Below are positions 18,759 to 25,745 of a stretch of DNA of 26,469 nucleotides, piece after piece. Below the pieces are notes generated by a model. The model was not told where the DNA came from and made no database searches. It saw nothing but the letters and a program-made list of their open reading frames with translations. The stretch lies in the IMG/VR virus record IMGVR_UViG_3300048592_000249, positions 1 through 26,469 of that record, one strand, 5' to 3'. The stretch comes from a virus. Its lineage: Duplodnaviria; Caudoviricetes. The translations under genes were made by a program, and so were the position numbers. Position 1 is the stretch's first letter. Every line of letters starts with the position of its first letter.

Positions 18759-19513
18759 GCGCCCCGCTGCCCGACCCCGCGCTACCGTGGCCGATCCCGC
18801 TCGAGGCGGTCGCCCTGATCGCGGAGAGCGAAGGGCTGCGGCTGCGCGCGTACCGCTGCCCGGCCGGCGTCTGGACGATCGGATGGGGCGAGACTGACGG
18901 CGTGCACCCTGGCGACACATGCACGCGCGAGCAGGCCGACCGTTGGCTGTGCGAGGACGTGACCGACCGCGCCCGCGCCGTGCGAGCGCTGTGCACTGTC
19001 GAGCCGTCGCCGGCCGAGCTCGGGGCGCTGGTCTCGCTCGCGTACAACATCGGCCTGGCCGGGTTCCAGCGCTCGACGGTGCTGCGTCAGCACAACGCCG
19101 GCGACCGCGAAGCCGCGGCGCGCGCCTTCGGTCTATGGGACAAGGCGCGCGTCAACGGCGTGCTAACCACGCTGCCCGGTCTGACAGCGCGCCGCGCCCG
19201 CGAGGCTGCGATGTACCTGCAGGGCGACGCGGACCCAGCGCCGATGCCGCAGGCTGTCGAGGCCGAAACGACCCTTGCCACGAGCCCGATCGCGCGCGGC
19301 GGCGTGGTCGCGGCCGGTGCTGGGGTGATCGAGGGCCTGCGCCAGATCGGCGAGAGTGTGGGCGGCATCCGCGGGCCGCTGGACGCTGCGCGCGGCGTGT
19401 TGGTCGACACGCTGGGCGTGCCGCCTCAGTGGATCTTGCCGGCGGTGTTGATCGCCGCGGGCGTGTTGGTGGTGCGCTGGCGTCTGACGCAGCGGCGCGA
19501 GGGGCGGGCGTGA
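18755..19513 (+). CDS. Endolysin, GH24 phage lysozyme, with C-terminal hydrophobic extension
   Basis: EGLRLRAYRCPAGVWTIGWG catalytic region, ALVSLAYNIG, and GLTARRAREAAMY. Confidence 0.92.
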   Translation: MSAPLPDPALPWPIPLEAVALIAESEGLRLRAYRCPAGVWTIGWGETDGVHPGDTCTREQADRWLCEDVTDRARAVRALCTVEPSPAELGALVSLAYNIGLAGFQRSTVLRQHNAGDREAAARAFGLWDKARVNGVLTTLPGLTARRAREAAMYLQGDADPAPMPQAVEAETTLATSPIARGGVVAAGAGVIEGLRQIGESVGGIRGPLDAARGVLVDTLGVPPQWILPAVLIAAGVLVVRWRLTQRREGRA

Positions 19514-20022
19514 TACCGCTGGCGCCGGTCCTGGGCGTCTTGCGCGCCGTTCCGGTGTGGGCCTGGGCACTGGCCGCCTGCCTCGCCTGGGGCGGTTGGC
19601 AGCGGCACCGCGCCACCTCCGCTGCCGCCGCGCTGCAGCACGCCCAGGCAGCGGCCGCCGCCGAGCGCGAGACCGCGTTGCAAGCGTCCATCGCCGAGAC
19701 CCAGCGCCGCTTGAAGGCGCAACAGGAGATTGCCCATGCTGCTGACCTTGCCGCGTCTCGCGCGCGTGCTGACGCTGCCGCTGCTGCCGATGCTGCTGGC
19801 CGCCTGCGGCAGCGCATTGCCGCTGTCCAGGCCAACGCCCGCGCCAGCCATCCCGCCGCTGCCGGCGCAGGCGCGGCAGACCGACTCGGCGACGCACTCG
19901 CAGCGTGCGCAGACCAGTATCGAGGCGTGGCTGCAGCCGCAGACCGCGCCATTGCCGCCGGGCTCGCCTGCGAGCGCGCCTACGACTCGTTGACCGGGGA
20001 TACCAATGAGACTACGAGATGA
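19510..20022 (+). CDS. Rz: Rz-like inner-membrane spanin (170 aa)
   Basis: GTG overlaps the endolysin stop; N-terminal TM segment, Ala-rich coiled coil and AGLACERAYDSL terminus. Confidence 0.8.
   Translation: MIPLAPVLGVLRAVPVWAWALAACLAWGGWQRHRATSAAAALQHAQAAAAAERETALQASIAETQRRLKAQQEIAHAADLAASRARADAAAAADAAGRLRQRIAAVQANARASHPAAAGAGAADRLGDALAACADQYRGVAAAADRAIAAGLACERAYDSLTGDTNETTR
19736..19993 (+). CDS. Rz1: Rz1-like outer-membrane lipoprotein spanin embedded in Rz (85 aa)
   Basis: AGGAG RBS; signal peptide with lipobox LLAAC; Pro-rich mature part; +1 frame wholly inside Rz. Confidence 0.8.
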   Translation: MLLTLPRLARVLTLPLLPMLLAACGSALPLSRPTPAPAIPPLPAQARQTDSATHSQRAQTSIEAWLQPQTAPLPPGSPASAPTTR

Positions 20023-21046
20023 ACCGATCGTGACCCGGCTGGTTGCTGCCGCCGCGGCGTGCGCCATCTGGCTGATGTGGGCGTTGCTGTGGCCTGGCGT
20101 GGCCCAGGCCCAGGCATCCGCCCCGGCCAGCGCCTGCCCGGCCGGCATCGACTGCGGCAGCGCCTGCGGTGCGGCTGCTACGGGCAAGCGCGTCGGTACG
20201 GCCGAGCCGGTGTCGCTCGCTGCGTCCGATGCCGCGGGGCTGGAGGTCGGCCCCGACGGCTACTGGCGGCACTGCGTGCTCGTGCCGACCCCGGGCACGG
20301 CCTGCGGCGCCGACGGCGTGGGAATCTCCCCGACCGGCGGCACGTATCGTTGGGCGCGGCCTGGCTGGCGCGTGGACGACAACGGCCGTTGGGCCGAGTG
20401 TGACCGCCCGTGCCTGGCCCCTGCAATGACTCCGCGGCCGAAGGCGTGGACTGTCGACGGGCGCACATGCGTGGGCGACCCCGACCGATCGCTTGCACAT
20501 GGGCAAACCGGCTACTGGGCGCAGTGGGACGGCTCGATGCGCGGGCAGCACATCGAGCGCTGCGACGACGGCGTGCGCCGGGTGACCGGCCAGACATGCG
20601 CGCCGGCCATGCAGTGCGACACCGCCATCACGGTGATGCGCGATGGCCGGACGTACAGCTACAACGGGCGCCGGCAGGGCGCCGAGGTGCCGCTGGGCGG
20701 CTACGCGCAGGCCACCGCCGCAGACGGCACGACGCTGCGCGTGCGGTGCGATGCCGGGCGCTGGGTGGTCGCGCCACAGTGCCAGCCGCCGCACCAGTGG
20801 GTGCAGCAGTACACCCGCGATCGACGTGTCTACCGCGGCGACGCACCGGCCCTGAATCCGGGCGAGCGGGTGACGCTCACTCAGGTCGAGGGGAGCATCG
20901 GCCCCGGAGGCAAGCCGCGCACCCGCGTGCTGGAGTGCGGCGAGGATGGGCGGTTGACCACGCGGGTCGGGCTGTCGGTGCCTGCGCCGCATGTGTCGCG
21001 GCAGGGCGATGCCCGCGTGGGCGCTGCGAGCTGGCCGGGGCGGTAG
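20006..21046 (+). CDS. Cys-rich exported protein (346 aa) of unknown function
   Basis: Hydrophobic signal ending AQA; 14 Cys in the mature part; three modules ending in a C-(D/G)-x-(D)G turn motif. Confidence 0.75.
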   Translation: MRLRDEPIVTRLVAAAAACAIWLMWALLWPGVAQAQASAPASACPAGIDCGSACGAAATGKRVGTAEPVSLAASDAAGLEVGPDGYWRHCVLVPTPGTACGADGVGISPTGGTYRWARPGWRVDDNGRWAECDRPCLAPAMTPRPKAWTVDGRTCVGDPDRSLAHGQTGYWAQWDGSMRGQHIERCDDGVRRVTGQTCAPAMQCDTAITVMRDGRTYSYNGRRQGAEVPLGGYAQATAADGTTLRVRCDAGRWVVAPQCQPPHQWVQQYTRDRRVYRGDAPALNPGERVTLTQVEGSIGPGGKPRTRVLECGEDGRLTTRVGLSVPAPHVSRQGDARVGAASWPGR

Positions 21047-21050
21047 TGGC

Positions 21051-21320
21051 TCACCGAGGCTGGAGCGCCGGCCTGACCCACTCGCGCCAGTCCTGCGCGC
21101 GCAGGTGGCCCGCGGCGCAGTGGGCGACGAGGAAGAGCTCCCACGCCGCGCGCGGCATCCGCCTGCGCCCGGCCTCCCAATCTTGCCAGGTGCGCGCGGT
21201 GGCGTACACCTCCGCCGCTGCCTGGGCCTGGGTCTGCAGTACGCCGATGCGGACATCGGCGATCAGCTCGGGCGGGGGGGATGCCGCCACCCGAGTCTTG
21301 CGGTTTGGGTGGTTGGTCAT
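21051..21320 (-). CDS. HTH (XRE-like) transcriptional regulator (89 aa)
   Basis: TQAQAAAEVYATARTWQDWEAGRRRMPRAAWELF; ATG at 21320, just after the upstream gene's stop. Confidence 0.85.
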   Translation of the reverse strand: MTNHPNRKTRVAASPPPELIADVRIGVLQTQAQAAAEVYATARTWQDWEAGRRRMPRAAWELFLVAHCAAGHLRAQDWREWVRPALQPR

Positions 21321-21324
21321 GCCG

Positions 21325-21540
21325 TCAACCGCGCCGCACCTCGACGACGATCGGCACCACGTGCCCGTAATACGGGTTGATGGCGCGCCCGGACGGTGCT
21401 GGTCCACTCCGCAACGAGCGCGCCTCGGCCTCTGCCGCGGCGCGGGTCGAGTGCCGCGTGACGGGGCCGGTGCGCAGCCCACTAAGTTGGTCGGCGCTGT
21501 TCGCCCGCGCCCAATGGACCTCGAAATGAATGGTGCTCAT
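21325..21540 (-). CDS. Hypothetical protein (71 aa)
   Basis: GGGAGAATCGAC-ATG initiation region; middle gene of the minus-strand operon. Confidence 0.7.
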   Translation of the reverse strand: MSTIHFEVHWARANSADQLSGLRTGPVTRHSTRAAAEAEARSLRSGPAPSGRAINPYYGHVVPIVVEVRRG

Positions 21541-21558
21541 GTCGATTCTCCCTATCGA

Positions 21559-21789
21559 TCAGATGGCTTCGTGTTTCTGGGTCTCGACGCAGCCGAGGTA
21601 GCCCAGGGCCGTGCGGAGGTTCATGCACGTGTGCCGCTCTGGCGAGCCAGCGCCGAACAGGCGGAGCGCATCGGTCGCCTGGATCGTGCCTTCGTCGTCG
21701 GCCGCATTCCACGCGGCGAGTACCTCGCGCTTGCTGGCTGTGCCGATGGCCATGCCGTAATGGCGAAGAACTTCGGTCGCTGTTGTCAT
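21559..21789 (-). CDS. Hypothetical protein (76 aa)
   Basis: Identical GGGAGAATCGAC-ATG initiation region; first gene downstream of the promoter at 21850-21878. Confidence 0.7.
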   Translation of the reverse strand: MTTATEVLRHYGMAIGTASKREVLAAWNAADDEGTIQATDALRLFGAGSPERHTCMNLRTALGYLGCVETQKHEAI

Positions 21790-21849
21790 GTCGATTCTCC
21801 CGCCCGCTTCCCGGGGCCCGGGTCGCAGCGGTATTGCTGCGATGGAGAC

Positions 21850-21878
21850 ACTATATCGCACGCAATGCGTGAGTGCAA
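21850..21878 (-). promoter_or_regulatory. Sigma70 promoter with a palindromic operator in the spacer
   Basis: Minus strand TTGCAC-N17-TATAGT; perfect palindrome CACGCA-A-TGCGTG at 21859-21871. Confidence 0.75.
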
Positions 21879-21902
21879 GCGGTTTTCGCATAGGGAAAAC
21901 CC

Positions 21903-22253
21903 GTGACAATCACGCTGGAGTCGATCCACGGCGCTGCGCAGATCGCGCGCGTCTATGAGACCGACCCAGCCGGCAGCATGCCGCCGATCGACGCCGTGTG
22001 CGTGCTCGAATGGGATGCGCCGCGCGTCGTGTGGGTGAAGGCCCTCAAGGGACGGCTCAGCCGGCGCACACTGCGGGAACTGCTGTGCCTGCTGGTCGAC
22101 CTGGGTGTGCACACCGTGCGCGCTCAACGGGCCGAGGGGCACGTGCTGCCCGGGGGCGTGGACCAGGGGGATGGCACGGTGCGGATCGACGTGCGCGCGC
22201 TCGCGCATCGGTTCGCGTCGCCCGGCGCGAGTGCGTGGGCGGACGTCGAGTAA
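21903..22253 (+). CDS. Hypothetical protein (116 aa)
   Basis: GTG start, globular alpha/beta composition, ends just before the attP arm. Confidence 0.65.
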   Translation: MTITLESIHGAAQIARVYETDPAGSMPPIDAVCVLEWDAPRVVWVKALKGRLSRRTLRELLCLLVDLGVHTVRAQRAEGHVLPGGVDQGDGTVRIDVRALAHRFASPGASAWADVE

Positions 22254-22292
22254 TCTGGGTCGCGTGCCGCATGTGCGCACGTCCGGCCATCC

Positions 22293-22510
22293 CTGTGCCG
22301 GTTCTGTGCCGGGTCTAGGCCGATTTCCGTCGTGGCGCCGCGCGCAAGTCCTTGATTTCACACGCGCCGTGACGACCGGAACGTCTTGTGATTCTGGTCG
22401 TCGTGGGTTCGAGTCCCATCAGCCACCCCACCGAATTCCCCTCTGAGAGGGGCACTTCGGGGCCGGTTTCGTTGCCCGCCGCGCGCGACGGTTGTGCCAG
22501 AGTTGTGCCG
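22293..22510. other. attP region: paired arm-type repeats, IHF box and core
   Basis: CTGTGCCGG twice (22293, 22304) and GTTGTGCCR twice (22491, 22502), each pair 11 bp apart. AATCAAGGACTTG on the minus strand at 22345-22357 matches WATCAANNNNTTR. Confidence 0.75.
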
Positions 22511-23598
22511 GTGGCCGGCACGTTCCCGGCCCATTCCGCGATGTGGCTGAGCCCCAGGTGCGCGTAGCGCTGCACCATCGCGAGACTGGCCCAGCCGCCG
22601 AGCTCTTGCAGCACCGGCAGCGGCGTGCCGGCCTGGACGTGCCAGCTCGCCCAGGTGTGCCTTAGGTCGTGGAATCGCAGCCACGGCACGCCAGCGCGCT
22701 CGCAGGCTTTGCGCCATGCGTGATTGCTGACCTTTCCGGTCGGTCCCACCGCCTTGGCCCAAGCCCCGTCGTCGAGCCGCTGCCAGTGCTCGACCGGGAA
22801 GACCCAGCGCCTGTGCTGCCCCGTCTGGCTGGCGAGCACCGCCAGAGCTTCGGCGTTCAGCGGCACGGTATGCGTGCGGCCGGCTTTCATCTCGGCGGCC
22901 TCGAACCACGCCAGCGCGCGAGCTTGGTCGATCTGCTGCCACGTCAGCAGCCGGACGTTGCTTTCGCGCAACCCCGTCGCCAGCGCGAACCTGGCCATTG
23001 CCTGCAGGTGGGGGGGTAGCTCGGCGAGCAGGCCGGCCGCTTGCTCGCGGGTGAGCCATGCGACGCGCTTGGTCGGTTCGTCAGCCTTGGCGATCGGCGG
23101 CACCGCCGCGAGCCAGCCGCGGCGGTGCGCGTAGTGCAGGATCGCGCTGAGCTGAGCCATGTGGCGGTTGACCGTCGCGCCGCTGGTCGCCTTCGGCTCG
23201 GGCGCAGGCCGCTTGGCGGCGTGGGCGCGTGCGATCTCGCGGGCGTTGACCGGCTGTGCGCGGCGCGCCTTGACCAGCCGGCGGATCAGATCATCGGTGA
23301 TCTCGGTCAGCAGCTTCCCCTGCAGGTAAACGCTGAGCCAGCGCAGCACGCGCTTGATCTCCTCAATGCTCTTGCGATGCTCGTGCTCGCCGAGCCATGC
23401 CACGACGGCCTGGTCCCAGGTTACGGACGGGGCTTCGCCGAGCCTCCTGGCGCGCCAGAGATCGCGCGCAAGGGTGGCGGCGTATTCCTTCGCCTCGGAG
23501 TGGTCCGAGGTGCCAGTGCTGCGTCGAGCGCGCTGGCCTGCGACCTCGCCGAGGTCAACCCACCACGTGCCTCGTTTGCCGCGCTGATAGAGCCGCAT
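22315..23598 (-). CDS. int: Phage integrase (tyrosine recombinase, 427 aa)
   Basis: GGAGG RBS before ATG 23598; arm-binding-type N-terminus; TGLRESN, RFHDLRHTWASW, LGGW and QRYAH catalytic motifs. Confidence 0.95.
   Translation of the reverse strand: MRLYQRGKRGTWWVDLGEVAGQRARRSTGTSDHSEAKEYAATLARDLWRARRLGEAPSVTWDQAVVAWLGEHEHRKSIEEIKRVLRWLSVYLQGKLLTEITDDLIRRLVKARRAQPVNAREIARAHAAKRPAPEPKATSGATVNRHMAQLSAILHYAHRRGWLAAVPPIAKADEPTKRVAWLTREQAAGLLAELPPHLQAMARFALATGLRESNVRLLTWQQIDQARALAWFEAAEMKAGRTHTVPLNAEALAVLASQTGQHRRWVFPVEHWQRLDDGAWAKAVGPTGKVSNHAWRKACERAGVPWLRFHDLRHTWASWHVQAGTPLPVLQELGGWASLAMVQRYAHLGLSHIAEWAGNVPATGTTLAQPSRAAGNETGPEVPLSEGNSVGWLMGLEPTTTRITRRSGRHGACEIKDLRAAPRRKSA
22386..22430 (+). other. 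attP core: 3' half of tRNA-His(GTG), not a complete tRNA
   Basis: TTGTGATTCTGGTCGTCGTGGGTTCGAGTCCCATCAGCCACCCCA covers the anticodon loop, T-arm, acceptor 3' strand and CCA. No D-arm or 5' acceptor strand lies upstream. Confidence 0.9.
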
Positions 23599-23780
23599 GG
23601 AGCCTCCCGAAATTTGCCGTACTGTTGCCGCAGCCAAGTCACGACGTCATCCTCGACGAGGACGAAAGCGCGGCCGACCTTGGCCGCCGGTAAGCCGCGA
23701 TTGTGGATGCAGTCGCTAACCGTCTCCGCGGTGGTCTTGAGCACCGCGGCTGCTTCGTCCAGCGTGAGCGTGCGGCTCAT
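23421..23780 (-). CDS. xis: Excisionase-like HTH DNA-binding protein (119 aa)
   Basis: LTLDEAAAVLKTTAETV...GLPAAKVGRAFV motif. The ATG overlaps the intI stop; the 3' end overlaps the int start by 178 nt. Confidence 0.85.
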   Translation of the reverse strand: MSRTLTLDEAAAVLKTTAETVSDCIHNRGLPAAKVGRAFVLVEDDVVTWLRQQYGKFREAPCGSISAANEARGGLTSARSQASALDAALAPRTTPRRRNTPPPLRAISGAPGGSAKPRP

Positions 23781-24838
23781 GCGGGGGCATCCAGCGGACT
23801 GCGCACACCTCGCCCGCCCTGGGTCGCGGGCAGAACGTGGGTGTAGATCATCGTCGTTTCGACATCCGCGTGCCCCAGCAGGGTCTGAATCGTGCGGATG
23901 TCGTAGCCGTCCTGGAGCAGGTGAGTCGCGAACGAATGCCGCAGCGTGTGCGGCGTCGCCCGCTTGAGAATGCCGGCTTGGCGCACGGCGCGCGCCATCA
24001 GGCGCTGGATGCCGTCCTCGTGCAGGTGGTGCCGTCGAATCGCCCCGGTGCGCGGGCAGGTGACGTAAGCGTCGGTGGCGAACACCCACTGCCACCGGAT
24101 GTCCTGGCCGGCGCGCGGGTACTTGGCGTGCAGGGCGTGCGGCAGTTCCACGTCGGCGCGGCCGGCGGCCACGTCGAGCTGATGCAGCGCGCGCCGCTGC
24201 TCGATAACTTCGCCAAGCTGGGATGCCAGCAAGCGCGGCAGCATGACGGTGCGGTCCTTGTTGCCCTTGCCCTCGCGCACGGTGATCGCGCCGGCCGCGA
24301 AGTCGACGTCCTGCACGCGCAGGCGCAGCCCCTCCATCAGCCGCATGCCGGTGCCGTAGAGCAACCGCAGCACCAGGCCGCGCACGCTGGACTGCGGGAT
24401 CTGGCGCCACAGCCGCGCCACCTCGTCGCGCGTGAGCACCACCGGCGGGCGCTGCGCCTGCTTGGCGCGCACGATGCCGTCGACCCACGGCAGATCGACC
24501 TGGAGCGCTTCGCGGTACACGAACAGCAGCGCGGCCAGCGCCTGGCGCTGCGTGCTGGCCGATACATCCCGCTCGGTGGCGAGATGGCTCAGGAACTGGC
24601 CGATCTCCGGCGCGCCCATCTCGAGCGGGTGGCGCTTGCCGGCCCACAAGACGAACTGCCGCGTCCAATGCCAGTACGCCTGCTCGGTGCGGCGGCTGTA
24701 GTGGCGGGTGCGGATGGCGCTGACCAGTGCATGCCGCAGGTGCCCGGGCTCGCCGGGCTGCGGTACAGCCCCAGGCGCGCAGGTCGCAGCGCGGCGCGTA
24801 ACGGCCGTACAGGTGGGCGGTGCGAGGGTGACGCTCAT
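23777..24838 (-). CDS. intI: Integron integrase (up to 353 aa)
   Basis: HYSRRTEQAY, STQRQALAALLF, LLYGTGMRLMEG, VREGKGNKDR, the integron-specific insertion LPHALHAKYPRAGQDIRWQWVF, HTLRHSFATHLL, LLGHADVETTMIYTHV and VRSPLD. All catalytic residues are present. Confidence 0.97.
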   Translation of the reverse strand: MSVTLAPPTCTAVTRRAATCAPGAVPQPGEPGHLRHALVSAIRTRHYSRRTEQAYWHWTRQFVLWAGKRHPLEMGAPEIGQFLSHLATERDVSASTQRQALAALLFVYREALQVDLPWVDGIVRAKQAQRPPVVLTRDEVARLWRQIPQSSVRGLVLRLLYGTGMRLMEGLRLRVQDVDFAAGAITVREGKGNKDRTVMLPRLLASQLGEVIEQRRALHQLDVAAGRADVELPHALHAKYPRAGQDIRWQWVFATDAYVTCPRTGAIRRHHLHEDGIQRLMARAVRQAGILKRATPHTLRHSFATHLLQDGYDIRTIQTLLGHADVETTMIYTHVLPATQGGRGVRSPLDAPA

Positions 24839-24846
24839 GGTGGAGC

Positions 24847-24887
24847 GGTGTTACGCCGCGGGTTTGGCGGTCGAATTCGCGTTGGGC
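24847..24887 (+). other. Putative attI site (crossover G/TT at 24881/24882)
   Basis: GTTGGGC core 43 bp upstream of the intI ATG with no attC hairpin of its own. GGTGTTACGCCGCGGG lies 31 bp before the core and resembles the attI1 direct-repeat region GATGTTACGCAGCAGGG (recalled sequence). Confidence 0.75.
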
Positions 24888-25216
24888 GTCTTGCGGCGCG
24901 CCAGCTCTGCGGCGCACATCGTGATGGCGCGTCGAGTGGCTGCCAGGGCATCTGTGCCGTAGGGCTCCACCACTTCCACGCCGTCGCCTTCCTGAGCATC
25001 GTGGTCCCATACCGGCTTGCGCACGATCACCGAATGCTTTGGCTCGTCGTACATCGGGTACGCGGTCACCTGCAGCCCGATACGTACCGCCAGCACAAAA
25101 GCGTCTTCGTTGTTGGTCAGTGGGTTCCACGGCCGCTCGCCAAAGCCGCTCGGCATCACCCACGGATAGGCGTGGCCGTTGGCCTGTGCTGCACGCATCA
25201 ACAGTTCGTCTTTCAT
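24851..25216 (-). CDS. Cassette 1 ORF: phage hypothetical protein (121 aa), possibly NinX/DUF2591-like
   Basis: AAGGA RBS; WNPLTNNEDAFVLAV...AATRRAITMCAAE motif common in phage early-region proteins. The stop codon lies in attI. Confidence 0.8.
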   Translation of the reverse strand: MKDELLMRAAQANGHAYPWVMPSGFGERPWNPLTNNEDAFVLAVRIGLQVTAYPMYDEPKHSVIVRKPVWDHDAQEGDGVEVVEPYGTDALAATRRAITMCAAELARRKTPNANSTAKPAA

Positions 25217-25245
25217 GCTCAATCCTTCTCGCTTCGGACCCTGCC

Positions 25246-25342
25246 GCCCAACTGGTCGGTCGAGGCGACGCCTTGCGGCGTCGCGGTTGTGGTCTGCGAA
25301 GGCTGGTGCGCCGCAAGGCGCGCCTCACCTCCAACGTTAGGC
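25246..25342 (+). repeat. attC site 1 (97 bp)
   Basis: R'' GCCCAAC, 5 nt, L'' GGTCGAGG (extra C), a perfect 12-bp inner stem (25269-25280/25309-25320), L' CCTCACC, 6 nt, R' GTTAGGC. Confidence 0.93.
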
Positions 25343-25343
25343 C

Positions 25344-25586
25344 TCAATGCTTCCGCACCAGGCCCGAGCGGAACTCTTGGCCGTTCGGGTCGATCACGAT
25401 GAACTCGCCGTTCTCCACCCGCACCTCAACATCGACACCGGTCGCGCTCTTGAACAGGCGCTTCACCCCTTCGATGCCGTTGTCACGCGGCAGTGGCGGC
25501 TTTGGGCATTCGCCGCTGTAGCCGTGGAACTTGAACATCTCTTCGCCTTGCGGCATTGGTTCTCCGCACAATTCGCACTTGCTCAT
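25344..25586 (-). CDS. Cassette 2 ORF: small putative metal-binding protein (80 aa)
   Basis: GGAAAGG RBS; CELCGEPMP...FKFHGYSGECPKPPL; the stop is 1 nt from the R' box. Confidence 0.8.
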   Translation of the reverse strand: MSKCELCGEPMPQGEEMFKFHGYSGECPKPPLPRDNGIEGVKRLFKSATGVDVEVRVENGEFIVIDPNGQEFRSGLVRKH

Positions 25587-25622
25587 CTCGTACCTTTCCG
25601 CCAGGCCTCGCCCGGCTCGTTG

Positions 25623-25647
25623 AAAACGCCCACCCTTGCGGGTCGGC
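25623..25647 (-). terminator. Terminator-like hairpin in the cassette 2 leader
   Basis: Minus strand GCCGACCC-GCAA-GGGTGGGC-GTTTT (one mismatch, short U tract). Confidence 0.4.
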
Positions 25648-25684
25648 TTGTGGTTGTGGTCAGGCCCTGGGCTTCGCGCCACAG

Positions 25685-25745
25685 GCCTAACACGTTGGTC
25701 AAGGGGACGTCCACAAGTGGCCGCCCCTTACCGCTGGGGTTAAGC
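25685..25745 (+). repeat. attC site 2 (61 bp)
   Basis: R'' GCCTAAC, 5 nt, L'' GGTCAAGG, L' CCTTACC, 6 nt, R' GTTAAGC. Confidence 0.93.

Noticed and set aside
20410-21906. 498-aa plus-strand ORF
   Set aside because: Low-complexity alternative frame overlapping the Cys-rich gene and the minus-strand operon, which has a clear promoter and RBSs.
22386-22430. Functional tRNA-His gene
   Set aside because: The 5' acceptor strand and D-arm are absent; interpreted as the attP core.
23777-24838. Class 1 (clinical) integron or antibiotic-resistance array
   Set aside because: The IntI is clearly diverged from IntI1 as I recall it, and there are no sul1, qacE, tni or resistance cassettes.
24796-24856. 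A fifth attC formed by GCGTAAC...GTTACGC
   Set aside because: The boxes deviate from RYYYAAC/GTTRRRY, there are no convincing L boxes, and it overlaps the intI start. Kept only as possible IntI-binding sites.
23421-25334. 637-aa minus-strand ORF running from attC1 into xis
   Set aside because: Only the last 119 aa are protein-like (xis, with its own ATG at 23780). The rest is an Arg/Pro/Ala-rich alternative frame over intI and cassette 1.
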